A stretch of 62,906 nt of DNA, filler included, from Octopus bimaculoides (Eukaryota), in assembly GCF_001194135.2 (NCBI RefSeq). It is 3 parts of 3 records of this genome, joined end to end, with 100 filler letters (N's around TTAATTAATTAA, not from the genome) between each part and the next. Parts side by side here need not be neighbours in the genome. Positions count along the whole stretch, not along the records: positions 1 to 12,507 come from NC_068987.1; positions 12,608 to 41,244 come from NC_068985.1; 1 more part is not named here. One strand, written 5' to 3'. Position 1 is the first letter of the stretch, and each line of letters starts with the position of its first letter. The translations under genes and the position numbers were made by a program. Below the pieces are notes generated by a model, which saw only the letters and a program-made list of their open reading frames with translations, ran no database searches and was not told the DNA's origin. Positions 1 through 14,724 of this stretch are shown in pieces.

Positions 1-25
1 TATATATATACATACATACATATAT

Positions 26-68
<43 letters not shown>

Positions 69-2260
69 CATCAAGGTAGCTAGCAGCAATTCAAAAGCAA
101 CAAGGAAATAATTTACGTTACAAGAGACAGTACAAAGAGACCATGTGTTATTTTGTGGTTAAGGAGTCTACGGCTCCCATATATATATATATATATATAT
201 ATATTGAAGATAGGGTTAAAATCCAAATTGTGTCCTCTTGAAGTACACCTGCTTATTCCACTATTCCAACACATATGTAGAAGATTTATATTTGTTTGCG
301 GTTTAAATAACAGTTGAAAATTCTGTAAAATACTTTCTGCAGTGTAACTATTCATAAAACAGGAGATTAGAAAAATTTCATTGTATTATTCTCTGTCCGA
401 AAAATTTCTAATAGGTGATATCGTATATGTTTCTCCTAGATGTACAATTTTGTAACTCTTATTAACAAATGAAACGTGTGTAATGGTGAATAAATAATAT
501 GAAATTTTCCAATCTCTTGTTTTCATACACACGCACCCGCGCGCGTGCACACATTCTGTCACACACACATATATCGATATCACCTTTGTGCGCATTGTGT
601 TTGTACGTTTTCGACTGATATACAATACACAGAAGTAGCTAGTTAGGTAGGTAGATAGATAGATAGATAGATAGATACATACATACATACATGCATACAT
701 ACATACATACATACATACATACATACATACATACGCAACGACAAATTTTATATTAATGCAATTTTTCACAGGTATTTTCCAATATATGCACAAGGCCTGA
801 AATTTGGAAGGAGGGGGTTGGTCGAGAAAAATCAACCCAATACTTGCTTGTACTTTATTTTATCCACCACCGTAGGATGAAAGAAATAGTTGAACTTAAT
901 GGAATTTGAACTCAGAACGCCAGAAAACGTAGCTAAGTAAATCCGAGTAAATTGTTTGAAGCTTTAGCAAGTCTTTTTGTCCCCAATCACCGCTTGACAA
1001 TCGATGTTGGTGTGTTTACGTCTCTACTACTTAGCGGCTCGGAAAAGAAATCGATAGAATAAGTAACAGCCTTATAATAAAGTACTTAGTTCGATTCGTT
1101 CGGCTCATAATCTCCAAGGCGGTGCTCCAGCCTGACCGCAGTCTAATGACCGAAACAAAATATATGTCATTTCACCCTTAACGAAATCTAAGGAGGGACC
1201 AGAAAAGTAGTCAAAACAGAGCCGCTCGGCCAAGCAGAAATAGCAGCCAAGTTTCCATCAAATTGTACACTGTCATTTAATTTCGCCCGACAAAAATGAT
1301 AACAAATAAGGAAAAGGAAAATAATCTAAGCATGGATGGCTAGGATTGGATTGACTGTTTTCTCTCTTTTGTCGATCAAGGACTCATGGGGTCGGTTACT
1401 TGGTTTCCATGGGGTATCGCAGCATTCTCCTGAAGAGGACGCCGGTCCGTTTGCCAGGTTCAAGACAAGCAATTTTTATGGGAGTAGGCAAGTCGGTTCC
1501 AGATATTCTCCTGCTCGACGTCTTAATTATTTTATCGACTTCATAATGACGAAAGTAAAGTTGACTTCGGCGGGATTTGAACCCAGAACGTTAAGAACAA
1601 GAAGAGATGATGCTGATCATTTTGTCTGACGTATTAACGAATCTGCCAGCTCGTCGCTTGCTTTTAATATTAGGTCTGAGTAAATTCAGAACATATGACA
1701 CAGTAGTTTAATAGAAGTTCCAAGGGTGGTTGCGTGGTAAGAAGCTTGCTTCCCAACAACATTGTTCCGGGTTCAGTCTCATTGTGTGGTACTTGGGCAA
1801 GTGTCTTGTACTATAGCCTCAGGACGACCAAAGCCTTGTGAGTGGATTTGGTAGACAGAAACTAAAAAAAGCCCGTCATATATATATATATACATATGTG
1901 TGTGTGTTTGTGCATGTGTATGTGTTTGTGTGTGTGGGGGGGTGTGTGTGTGTGTGTGTGGTTGTCCCTCCTCACCTTGAGAATCAGTGTTGGTATATTT
2001 ATGTTGCCTTTACCTAGCGGTTAGGCAAAAGAGAACGATAGAATAATTACTAGGCTTTACAAAATAATATTAATGGGAACTAAAATTCTTCAAGGCGGTG
2101 CCCCAGCATGACCGCAGTCTAATGACTGAAACAGCTAAAATATATCGTTTGAATGATTTTAAAACCTTATTAGAAACTCAGGTATTTCAGAATCCACGAA
2201 AGTCAACGCTTATGTAGCCACTTAACATTTTAAAAGTAGTAGGAAATCTGTTTCAAGTAA

Positions 2261-2684
2261 CCCTTTTAATATTAACTTACCTGAGTCTGAATCTGGTTTC
2301 ATGACACAGACTTTGTAATTTAAAATCGTCTTGGTTAAAATCTTCCATTAAATTTTCATGCTAATTTATTCCAAACACCAGTTTAATAATGGCAAAGTTA
2401 TTTAATAAAATTCTTTATTTCAAAAATCAATTTAAACAATGGGAAAGTATTACCACTTTTGATACTAACCGGTCTTAGGCTGACCGTGATTCTATGACAC
2501 AAATATTTTGTTTAAATTGATCTAAATTAACATCTTCCATCAAAATTTCATGATGGTTTGTTCCAGTGACCAATCTAGTAATGAGTAAGATATTTTATGA
2601 AAAATTCTTTATTTTAAAAATTAATTTTGAAACAAAGTGGTTTCTGTTGTAATACATTACAACAGAAACGCAATAACAAAAGGG
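2261..2684. mobile_element. piggyBac-like MITE with internal ~190-bp duplication; degenerate relative at about 38051-38275
   Basis: Ends CCCTTT...AAAGGG followed by TTAA (left flank GTAA); two internal copies of ...atgacaca...catcttccat.aaa.tttcatg. Confidence 0.6.
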
Positions 2685-3211
2685 TTAATTTTGTAGAACC
2701 GGTTTTAAAAGGGAGATGTTAGATAATGTACCACTGGGTTAATTACCTAGATGGTCGTGGCTGAAATAATTTTGATCATACGTTTGCCCCATCGGAGCTG
2801 AACTGGGATCACACATCAAAAACAACAACCGCAGCAACAACAGCAACTACAACAACATATGTGTCTAAATGTCAAAGAGAAAATCTTTTATGTGGTCACT
2901 AGATTTGCTAGAGACAGCAGTTGAGTTTGTCTCATAAAAATGCATGGCTCATTGCATAATGCAATGCTAAGGTATGTGAACTGGCCATGGTTTGAGGCTC
3001 AGAATATAAATGTGCTCAATCAAACCTGACCCTGGAGTGGAGTTTAAAGAACAACAATAGCATGTGTTGCCGCAGGAGCTGTAGTAGTAAGTGGACTGTG
3101 GTATTCTCGATATCAGCTTCATATAATATTATAATATATATCGGGCTTTTGCCGAATCACTAACTGGTGGGACGTAAATAAAACAACGTCGATTGTCAAG
3201 CAATGATGAGG

Positions 3212-3256
<45 letters not shown>

Positions 3257-3765
3257 TGCTCATATACACACGAGGGGCTTCCGCACTGTTTCCATCTATT
3301 ATACTACTCACAAAAAAAAAAAAAAGATTCTTGCTAAGGGGATTGAACCCGAAACCACGTGGTTGCGAAGCTACATCTTCTCTCGGCTAGCTAAATATTT
3401 AACAAAAACTATAACAAAGAAACATAAAATATAAACTACAGCAAATCAAAATAAAATATAATGGTCGAAGCTGGGAAACCTCTTTGGTGATGGTTCTGCA
3501 CTCAACCACGATTGAATAGGGAACTGAAACGCAAACAATATCTGTATCAGAGAAGATGGTGCAAGCTTTATTTTGTCTATTGTGTATACTGTTATGAAAC
3601 CGGTAAAGGAATTTCCGAGCGATTGGTTATATTTTCGCATATACACGCTTCGAAATGAAGGTAGTTATACATGAATATACACATTCATTAACAAATATAT
3701 AGATATATGCATATCTGCGTGTGTGTGTGTGTGTGCGTAGACACAAAAATCATATATGTTTATGT

Positions 3766-3819
<54 letters not shown>

Positions 3820-4559
3820 AGTGACGAGCATGTCCACTAAACAAAATATTTAGATAAAACTAAGATATCGACATACTTCATACATATACACACGTAATGA
3901 ACAATATTAATATATACAATTTAAAAAAAATATATTTATATATACACACATAGATATATGATATAAAAAAAAACCTACATAAGTACATATATAAACAATA
4001 TATACAAATATATATATACGAGTAAATATGTATTACATACATGTATTACATACACACACACAAACGGACGTATGAATGTGTGTCTGCGCGCCCAAACTTA
4101 CATGTGTGTATACTTACATACATAGAAATTCATCAACAATTTTACGTATTTGTTTAAAGTTTAATGTAATAACGGCCCTGAATGCGCCTTAATTTCCTCT
4201 CACCAACTCCACAATAATGCATAATTTGATAGAGTCTAGAGTTAGTTATATACACACATATACAGAAGCGCTTGTATGTGTATGAGTATGTGTGTACACG
4301 TGTGTGTGTATGTGTGAACGTACGTACGTATGTATGTACGGGTGTATGCATGTATATATATATTTGGCACGCGTAAATGTTTGCGTGAAAACATCAATCT
4401 TAGCAACATAAAAAGCAATAATATATGTATTTTACCCTATACTAGAAATGTTTAAATTTTCTATAGAAAACACTCACAAACTTACATACATGCAAAAAAT
4501 TGTACGTGTTTTTATATACTTCTATTCATATTATTGAAATAAATTATAAGCGCATAATA

Positions 4560-4569
4560 TATAAGCATG

Positions 4570-4604
<35 letters not shown>

Positions 4605-5109
4605 ATATGTATATGTGTGTGTGTGTGTGTGTATATGTATATGTGTGTGTGTGTGTGTATATGTATATGTGTGTGTGTGTGTGTGTATATGTATATGTGT
4701 GTGTGTGTGTGTGTATATGTATATGTGTGTGTGTGTGTGTGTGTATATATGTATGTGTGTGTGTGTGTATATATGTATATGTGTGTGTGTGTGTATATAT
4801 GTATATGTGTGTGTGTGTGTGCATATATGTATATGTGTGTGTGTGTGTATATATGTGTGTGTGTGTATATATGTATATATATGTGTGTGTGTGTGTGTAT
4901 ATATGTATATATATGATTGTGTGTGTGGTGTGTATTTATATATGTATACATATATATATATACACACAAAAATCATACATACATACGTACATATATACAT
5001 ATATATACATATATATTATACATATATATATATATATATGCACACATACAAACACATGTAATCATTTATTATATACATCACACACACACACACACATAAA
5101 TATGTATCA

Positions 5110-5179
<70 letters not shown>

Positions 5180-5255
5180 GTCTGTGTAATTACGCACACA
5201 TACACACACACACACACACACATACGTATATATAAGTGTCTGTGTGCGCATATCT

Positions 5256-5307
<52 letters not shown>

Positions 5308-5310
5308 TGG
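4560..5310. repeat. Large compound (TG)n/(TA)n microsatellite; similar tracts occur throughout the window
   Basis: Direct reading; source of the HTHT/CVCV pseudo-ORFs. Confidence 0.98.
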
Positions 5311-5679
5311 GGAATGTATGTCTTTGAATACTTTAGCCTTTCTGTGAATGTCTTGCAATTAGTGCTCGATTTTGTGGGTTTTTTTCTACCCTGTATTTTA
5401 TTGCTTATATATAATTGCCGTAACTGTATTTTTTTCATATTCCAACATTTATTTGAACGTCAGTTAACTGTCTCCTTCTCCGTGTGTGAATGTGATGGCT
5501 AATGTTTATATATGCTTGCGTGCGCGCGCGCGTACGCGTGTGTGTGAGTATGCGTGTGAGTGTGTGTGTGTGTGTGTGCGTGTGAGTGTTTGTGTTATAC
5601 GCTATAAGAGACATACCTTAATAAAGATTTATGTATGCGTCATATTCCAGAGAAACGCTCAGTACTCGCTCTCACATAG

Positions 5680-5710
<31 letters not shown>

Positions 5711-5773
5711 CACACACAGAAGTCTATATTTTTCTGAATATAGAAATATGCAAATATATATACATGTGTGCGT

Positions 5774-5864
<91 letters not shown>

Positions 5865-6293
5865 AATATAAGTACAAGAGAAAAACACGGTTTGGGGTGG
5901 AAGTGTAACCGATTACAGAATAGTTACGAAGAAAAGATAACGTTGACCCTCGCACAATGCGATGCAAAAGGAAAATGACACCAGGCATTTAACGATGTAT
6001 GTGTGCGTGCGTGTTTGTGTGTGTCTGTGTGTACGTTTGTGCATGTGTGTGTGTGTGTGTATGTGAGAGAGAGTATGTGTCCATGTATAATAAGCACATG
6101 CATACGTATATAAAAAATGCGACGGATTTCCACAGTTTCCGTCTTCCGAATTCCCCCTCAAGGCACTGGTCGTTTTTAGTCTTTAAACGGAGAAATGTGC
6201 CCAAGGCGCTCCACACTGGAACTGAACCCGAAACCACGTGGCTGTAAAGCGATCTTCTAAATCTTGTAGCCTTGTTTACGCGTTCAAATATAT

Positions 6294-6400
<107 letters not shown>

Positions 6401-7775
6401 AACACACACACACACACACACATAAACACACATTCTGCTATACAAGCTGAAACTTTTTCACGAATATGTCTTATAATATAAACTTTTTAAAACATATTGT
6501 AACATTTCTGTCACCAAATCATTATTTTCTCTCACTCTCACGCTTCACATTTTTTATTTGTAAATTTTATTACAATTAATACTTACATTCTGTGTTCGAA
6601 TCTTGCCGGTGTCGATACTTTGATTATAACCATTCCTTGGTGAATATAATGCCAATCACCTAAATTTATCTTCCTCCAAGTCTGTTACCAGTATGAAACA
6701 TCAATGATGTTTTCTCCCCTATAGCGCCTGAGCTGGTTTTAACTTAAATCTTTCCTCCGCTTGGTTTATAAATGACAATCAGTCCATGAATGCTGTCTTA
6801 AGGCAAGGCCAAACTGGGCATTTTTCTCGATGGCCTCACGGATCAAGGGATCCTCTATACAATTATATAAGCTGTAGTTGTATTCACAGAGGTCCAAGAA
6901 CATTGATTTGTCCGGAGGTCACCAGTACTACTAAGCCGGTCTTGCCAAGCATGTATTGTGATCAAATTTTATCGATTAATTCATTCTCTATTATAATTTT
7001 GATATTTATACCAAAATTTGCAGTCAATTACTTGAGAGCATTTAAAAAGATTTGCCGGACGAAATGATGTCTTAAAATATACTTCTGGGTTTCTTCCTTT
7101 ATAGAATTATCTCCCTTCGAAATTTCTCAGACAAATTTCATGTTGCCTAAATAAGTACAGGTTAAATACATGATCAGTCTTGGGCATATGTGTGATATTC
7201 TGCCTGTGTAAAACTGTTGGGTTGGCAGAAACGTTAGAGTGCTTGACAGAGCAGCTGTTATTTTCTGAGATCAAATATCTCTCATCCTTCCAGGGTCGAT
7301 ACAATAAAGTACTAGTCAAGTAATGAGATACTCTGGTAATCGAACAATCTTCATCTCCTAAAATTGGTGACATTGTCCCAAAACTAGAAACACTTATTAT
7401 TATTATTGTAATTATCGTTCTTGTGTTTTTTGCACATTTCGTGATTCTGAGCCTTAGTATTAACAGGATGACATCATAAGCTTTACATATATATATATAT
7501 GTATGTGCGTATGTGTTTGTGTGTGCATATGATATGATTATGTGTATATGATACGTTTCTGTGTTGAGATGGCGTTTTTAGCATTAAGTACGTTGTTATT
7601 ATCACGAAACATATGATACATATCTGATAGTAATATTTCCATTAACACAGATATTAAATATTCATCTCTATTGTACAGAACGTTATTTATAAATACCAAA
7701 GTATCTCTGACAATACGTATGTAATATTGTTGGTTTTATGTCATGTTTCACTGTACTTCATTTTATATGCAGAAG

Positions 7776-7811
<36 letters not shown>

Positions 7812-9975
7812 GTATATGCATGGTTACATATACATACGTGTATGTATGTGTGTGCGTGATAGTAAGTGTGTATGTGGGAATTGCATGTGTATTTTCCATA
7901 TGCTTGTTTGGAGTGTAGTCGCCAAACGCATCTATAATGTACTTCTGCTGGATGCTTATACAGTGCCTAAAATATCTAATAATCTTTGACTAATATCAAT
8001 AATGCATGAAAATACTGATAGGCCAGTAAATTTGAGTGGGGTTTAGTCGATTGCACCGACTGGACTAGTACTTTGATTTATTGATCCCGAAATAATGAAT
8101 TGCAAAGCTGATCCTGACATAATTCAGTTTGTACAGTGCCGAAATAATACCGCGAAGCATTTTACCAGATGCTTCGACGATTCTACCAGCTCAGTCATAC
8201 TCATTTCTGCAAACAATTTCTGTCTATTAAGATGTAAGGAGTTTTGTCCCTTGCCCATTTCCAAAATAATCTTCACTAACGATAATGTTTACTTTCATTA
8301 TAGTTTTTAACTTGTCCAGCTTAGAATCCTCCTTCGGATCCTCAACTAAACCTGAGCGTATACTTCTTTCCCTGATTCAGGTACGCATACACTAACACCT
8401 ATGTATTCAAACACTCGTGAGAGCGTCCTTACATATATGTAAAAGACAAGACTTGCTTAGATAGATGCTGAATTCTTTCTAAGATTGTTTTTGGTAATGA
8501 TTCTTGCACTTTTTCATGGACTGTCTTAAATTTTTTATTGCAAGATATCTTTAAACATGCTCATTCTTTTCAGCTTCGACTTATTCTCATCATACTCTAA
8601 GAGTAGAGTAAATAAATATGACAAAATGATCATTCTGGAAATTCTATTCGTTTTAGACATATAATCGTATATGTCGAAAACACTTGTGATTAAAACCATG
8701 ACATTTACCTCAATAATCCTCATTTGAGGAAGGGAGATAATCCTGAGCTATTAACTGACATCTGAGAGATGCCATAACTGGACTTGAAAGCAGACACCAC
8801 GTGTGTGTATGTGTGTGTGTGTGCGTGTGTGTATGAGTGTATACACGTGTATACATGTGCATACGCACATGAGTGTTCGTATACGTTTTGCATGCGTCTG
8901 TCCTTATATTGAATAATTATTAATAATTACCGTTTTATCTCTAGATATGTTGCAGATTTTTCAAAGTCTTACATCAGGTTCTACGTACGTACTGATAAGT
9001 GGGTGAAAGCAAATCGTACAGTAGTATATATATCGTGAAATGATACTGTGGTGAATGCATTGCTTTGTAGCCTTCATATATACGTTATCTGTTTGGTTTA
9101 ATCATAATCATTATGTTGTTGTTGTTGTTGTTTGTTCCTTCTCGAGCCATGCCTGGCTCATAAGGGCCGGTTTTCCGGTTTCATTGGCGTGTAGGTTCTC
9201 CACCTGAACTGGACGTCGGTCCGTCACAGGTGAACTGCTAGATGCAGGAGGAACGAGTGAGAGAAAGTTGTGGCGAAAGAGTCAGCAGAAGTTTGCCATT
9301 ACCTTCTGCCGGAGCCGCGTGGAGCTTAGGTTTTTCACTTATAAACACACACAACGTTCGGTTTGTGATTCGAACCCGCGATCCCTCGACCGCGAGTCTG
9401 CTGCTCTAACCACTAGGTCATGTGCTTCCACCATGATTATTATAGGCGAAATAAACATTCAGGATACTTTACCCTAGGCAGAAATTGCATGAGTTACTCA
9501 GAGGTATCGCCAGCTTTTCTTCTGAATCCGTCACAATATCTCAATAACTTTCTGATATTGCGATGGTATTGTCATCAGTTATTTGAGGGTCAAAAGCGTT
9601 TCACCTTTTAGCCTGTACGATTTTTCTGTGAAGGGTAGGGAGTACAGGATTAGAGTTTGTCTGCAGAAGATTTCCACTTGGAGTTTCTTCTTTAATAACA
9701 GCCTCCTTGAGCAGGTTTCAGCTTTCATGCCTATGTTCTCGGTTGTTTTCTTCAGTTGTTTGGGATCCAGAGTAATAATTTGATAATTTGATAATACACG
9801 AGTGATATAGATGACGTAACCAAAAGATGAGAAGATATGATAATCTGAGTCCTTTAATTAGGCGGATCACGGTTCTAGTCACAAGTCCCTCTCGGATTTG
9901 AGATTTAATCAACAGTAAGATGCAATGTTTGTTCAATTTGACTAAGTTATTTCTCCCACAAGAAAGGCTCTAGGA

Positions 9976-10236
9976 CAGTGATTCTCAACCAGGCCCTGTA
10001 TGGTCCTTGGGGGTTCATTTAAGATTTTGTTGTGAAAATTTATCTGGAAACAATTGGTTAAACTTCTGCAAGACACAAAAATATTTTAACAATTTTTTAT
10101 ACAATTCCTAATAATATTTAATTATAAAAATATAAAAGGAGTTTTTAAAACATGGAATGGTAATGAAGGTCCACCAGGTTAAAATAAGAATCAAATGTGT
10201 CCAAAGCTAAAAAAAAAAAATGGTTGAGAGCCAGTG
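9976..10236. mobile_element. hAT(Charlie)-type MITE
   Basis: TIR CAGTGATTCTCAACCA / TGGTTGAGAGCCAGTG; 8-bp TSD-like ctctagga / ctctaata. Confidence 0.65.
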
Positions 10237-11109
10237 CTCTAATATATAGGCAAGATGTAACAATTATCACTGGCAATCAAAGAACTCATCATAGAATTTG
10301 ATCATCAATATTTGATATTCAGATTTTTAAGCCTTTCCTTTTGGGGAGAAGACCACTTTGCACATAACATTTCTACGTAGCTTGAAAAATCGATGAAGTT
10401 AATCTGTAATTTGACGGCTGAAAGAAAAACTTGGTATAGGTGGCGGTGGAAATTACAGAGGGTTGACGTTTCGGAGGCTGTGAATTACTAGACAAGTTGG
10501 TTAGTGTAGGATTCGGCGAAGGTGACGAAAGAAAAAATCGACGAGTGAGCCGCCATACTTTCGTGTCTATCATTTAAAATATGAAGGTGGTCATGGCAGG
10601 AGATCATACATTTCGCAGATGCATAGGCCATTGTTGTGGTGATAGAAGTTGGGTGAGAATGTAGGTTGACAATAAACCACAAAAGTTGGATTACCTATTT
10701 AATCGTCAGTTGGGTAACCATTTTTTTTCTCTTTAGATGCATAGTGTAAATATGATAAATATGAAATGATCCTTTCTTCTTCAGGTACGAAGCCTGAACG
10801 TTTGTGGGAGAGAGCTAGTCGGTTAGCTAAAACCCAGTACTCAACTGGTACTTATTTTATTGACCCCGAAATAACGAATGGCAAATCGACTGTCAGCCCT
10901 CTATAATATCCACCACCACCCATACCTCGGTGGTATTTGGACTCAGAACGTAAACATGGATAAAATCTCGCTAAGTAATTAGTTCCGAGGGCTAACGATT
11001 CTCCTATGTCACCGCCTTAGTATAAATATGAAATAATATTAGAAAAAACTAATATGGTAAACTAATCTTGCATTTGAAGAAGGACGATTAATGACAGTAT
11101 CACTTAGAG

Positions 11110-11441
11110 CATAGGTTCTCAGAGCGGGCGCTACAGCCCCCCCCCCCCGGTGGGCATTAAGATGGTCCAGGTGGGCGCTGGTACCTAAGGGGGCAGTGAG
11201 GGTAGAGAAAAAGGAAGCGTTAGGAGGAAGGCAATGAATTGGAGGATGCTGTGAATTAGTTAAAATATTATTATAGTATTGTAATCAAATTATATATTAT
11301 ATTTAATATCAAATGATTCATAGTATATATAAATTAATAAAATATGAAATATTTATTTATACATAAAAATAGGGGTGTGGGCGCTGAGGGTATTATGTGG
11401 CCATGAGGAGGGTGGTGGCTCAAAAAGTTTGAGAACCTTTG
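11110..11441. mobile_element. hAT-type MITE
   Basis: TIR CATAGGTTCTCA / TGAGAACCTTTG; 8-bp TSD acttagag / atttagag. Confidence 0.7.
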
Positions 11442-12302
11442 ATTTAGAGCTTCACAAAGAGCGCTGTATATCTACCACGTGGTTTTACACTAAGGTAAAA
11501 CATCATGCTAGATAGCTACTGAGTAGGATTGAGTGGGCAATTTGGAAACTGTCTTGTTACCTGGTTACTTACGATATTTGAAACATTTGCTTGACTTAAG
11601 CACATGAAAACTTCTTGTCCTTCCTCTCCAGATTAAATTCTCCGTTCTCCATTGATATTAGAACAGCAACAAAAATCCAGGCAAGTGCCTTATTTACTTA
11701 ACACATTTAAGAGAAATAAAATATCGATGATTAATTGATTACTTGTTGATTGATGTTAATCAGATGAGTCAACCAGATGCAATCAAATTAAGCTCCTATG
11801 TCCCCGATTACTAACACATTTACAACAAATTAAAAAGAAAGAAAAACGAAATCAGCCAGAAGTATATTTAGAAACATCGTCGCCATTATTAAACTAATCC
11901 CGCCGTTGTTTGTATTAGTATTTTCATTCTGAATGTAAGTATAAATAGATCGCTTGTCATCTCAACAATAAATTAAGTTCAAGATTCAAGACAATTAAAC
12001 TTTAACATGTTTATCAATTGTTTATCGTCAATCTAACGCAATATAAGGTTCAGAAAAAAAATATATATATAAACAAGAAAATCATTACAGACTGTACGTA
12101 TTACATGGGTTAACTGAAGAATGTACGGGGAAATTTCCATAGTTCATTCCTTTCAGTGTAGATTTTATAAGCAGACATTTGATTAAATGATCGTAATGAC
12201 AATAACGATAATATATTTTCTTGATCCTAAAATAATTTCAGTTACAACGGATTAAATAATCCCAAAGGTTGTGTAGCACGTGTACGCAGATAGATAGTTG
12301 AT

Positions 12303-12337
<35 letters not shown>

Positions 12338-12460
12338 TAAAGAGAGTGAGAAAGAAAGAGACAAATAGAGATAAAAAGATAGATAATATATGTATACATA
12401 TCAATTATGTACATATATATATGTATATATATAAATATATGAAATTATATATATATATAT

Positions 12461-12507
<47 letters not shown>

Positions 12508-12607
12508 NNNNNNNNNNNNNNNNNNNNNNNNNNNNNNNNNNNNNNNNNNNNTTAATTAATTAANNNNNNNNNNNNNNNNNNNNNNNNNNNNNNNNNNNNN
12601 NNNNNNN
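12508..12607. other. Artificial 100-nt scaffold spacer (44N-TTAATTAATTAA-44N); identical at 41245-41344
   Basis: Same 12-mer and N lengths at two sites. Confidence 0.85.
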
Positions 12608-13840
12608 ACGTGAGTAGTTATATACCCACATGGACACCTACTTTAACAATTAACCAACAAAAACATTACGTGAAAAAAGACTGTGCTACATCACCAGAAA
12701 ATATTATTACTCTTGCAAATGATAAATTATACCCTGCTGTAAATAGTAAAATTCCTAGACACAGAAGGAAACGAAAGAGACAATGTAAGACAAGCAAAAA
12801 AGATAAGCAAAAAACTGTATATACTATTCAAGCATTGCAAAGCCCGTCAAAATACTTAGACGAAAGTAAGGATACACTTGAAGAAATGAATAACCACGAC
12901 ATAATGGTGTAGTTAAACCAGAATTATAAGTCAAATACATTGCCTATTGTTTTTATCATATATGACTGTGTCTGTGTGAGTCTCTTTTTTAAAATTAATT
13001 ATTTACNNNNNNNNNNNNNNNNNNNNNNNNNNATAAAAATGGAGTGGGTTTCTAACTAAGAAATAAATCTCCATTACTGGAATTGAAATAAAACATGGGT
13101 AAAGAGCTACATGTTAAATCTTTTAAATATTCTTGCACACCTTTATCGTTCTACTTACTGCTTGTATACATTAAGTGTGTTACGTGCGCGAGTCAACTGG
13201 ACATTTTCTTTTTCTGAAAATAGCAGCCTTTGCAGATTATCACGTAGACATTTAGTAACATAAACAAGAGCATCCATTACTGTGAGTACAAATACAATTT
13301 GTAATCTGGATTCTGAATCACTTATTCTTTTATTCTTTTCTTAACAAATTTATTCTACATTACCTTGATACCTCAAATGGCCACAAAATTATATTCTTTA
13401 CCTTCATGAAGTATATCTTCAGTTAGTCAGAATTGCAGAAGCCATTCTTTTGCGGAATTTAAATACTGAGAAATTTTGATTCATCAGAGCTATTATATCA
13501 ATATATTAAGTGAACTGTTTTGCCTATTTATAGCCAGGTAAAGTGGATCCTTTAGCAATAAAATTTTGACCATTGACTTCACAGTGATATTGCTTGAATA
13601 TAAAGTTTGGATATTGGACACTTACACCCCAGTCTTTTACTAACTCAAGAAACAGCAAATTGCAAGAAAAACAAAACATTTTAAAATATTACAAAAGATT
13701 TTTAATCAAGTTTAAACAAATTGCAGAGAGAAATTAAACTTAATGCATTTTAAATATTCATAAAATGTTATTAAATACAATATTTTACCAACAAACTGGA
13801 AATTTCCTGTTATGAGTAATCCTTGATAAATACTCTCAAA

Positions 13841-13846
13841 TTTATT
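13841..13846 (-). terminator. AATAAA polyadenylation signal of the chitinase gene
   Basis: TTTATT on the plus strand, about 38 nt downstream of the CBM14 stop codon. Confidence 0.55.
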
Positions 13847-13883
13847 AATTTCCAAGATTGCTTCGTGGTCTTCTTGGAGAAAC

Positions 13884-14059
13884 TCATGAACATTTGGCCA
13901 CAGATGATTCAACACAACCATTTGAAACATGATCGAATAACTCATTAGCTTCACAGAGAGCAATAAATCCTTTTCCATTGATGCATACGTAAAAGCGCTT
14001 ACATGAGAGTGGGTCTGGAAAAGTTCCAGATGATTTACCTTTGCATACATCTACTGGAC
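13884..14059 (-). CDS. Terminal exon: chitin-binding CBM14 (peritrophin-A-type) domain
   Basis: PVDVCKGKSSGTFPDPLSCKRFYVCINGKGFIALCEANELFDHVSNGCVESSVAKCS*. Six-Cys CBM14 spacing with PDPxxCxxFYxC. Phase-1 acceptor cttag|GT. Confidence 0.92.
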
Positions 14060-14333
14060 CTAAGCGATTAAACAAGATAAAAATAAGCATAAGTTTACTG
14101 AGATGCAAGTAATTAATATTTTATTGTAACAAGCAAAATGATCGTTTACAAATGATTAAAAGTAACCAGTAGAATTAATATTCTATTGGTTAATTTTAAA
14201 TAATTTTAAATGGAAGCTTTAAATATCTGAAACAAAAATTAATATACTTCTATCCTCGTTTATCACTGATTCATTCCTCACCGATACGAGGTAACATGGT
14301 ACATTCAATTGTTAGAGCAGTTAAGGGTGCACT

Positions 14334-14724
14334 AGTGGATGCGCAATCGCCCAGTGGTTAGGGCAGCGGACTCGCGGTCACAAGATCGCGGTTTCGATTC
14401 CCAGACCGGGCGTTGTGAGTGTTTATTGAGCGAAAACACCTAAAGCTCCACGAGGCTCCGGTAGGGGATGGTGGCGAACCCTGCTGTACTCTTTCACCAC
14501 AACTTTCTCTCAATCTTTCTTCCTGTTTCTGTTGTGCCTGTAATTCAAAGGGTCAGCCTTGTCACACTGTGTAACGCTGAATATCTCCGAGAACTACGTT
14601 AAGGGTACACGTGTCTGTGGAGTGCTCAGCCACTTGCACGTTAATTTCACGAGCAGGCTGTTCCGTTGATTGGATCAAGTGGAACCCTCGACGTCGTAAG
14701 CGACGGAGTGCCAACAACAACAAC
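14334..14724 (+). mobile_element. Young tRNA-headed SINE, full length
   Basis: tRNA-like A/B boxes (gtggttagggc...ggtttcgattccc), (CAA)n tail, 11-bp TSD AAGGGTGCACT (14323-33 / 14725-35). Confidence 0.9.

Noticed and set aside
9480-9900. Minus frame broken only by TGA codons (alternative code or selenocysteine?)
   Set aside because: No recognisable protein or SECIS; three TGAs can occur by chance.
14334-14410. tRNA gene
   Set aside because: tRNA-like head of a SINE, continuing into the SINE body.
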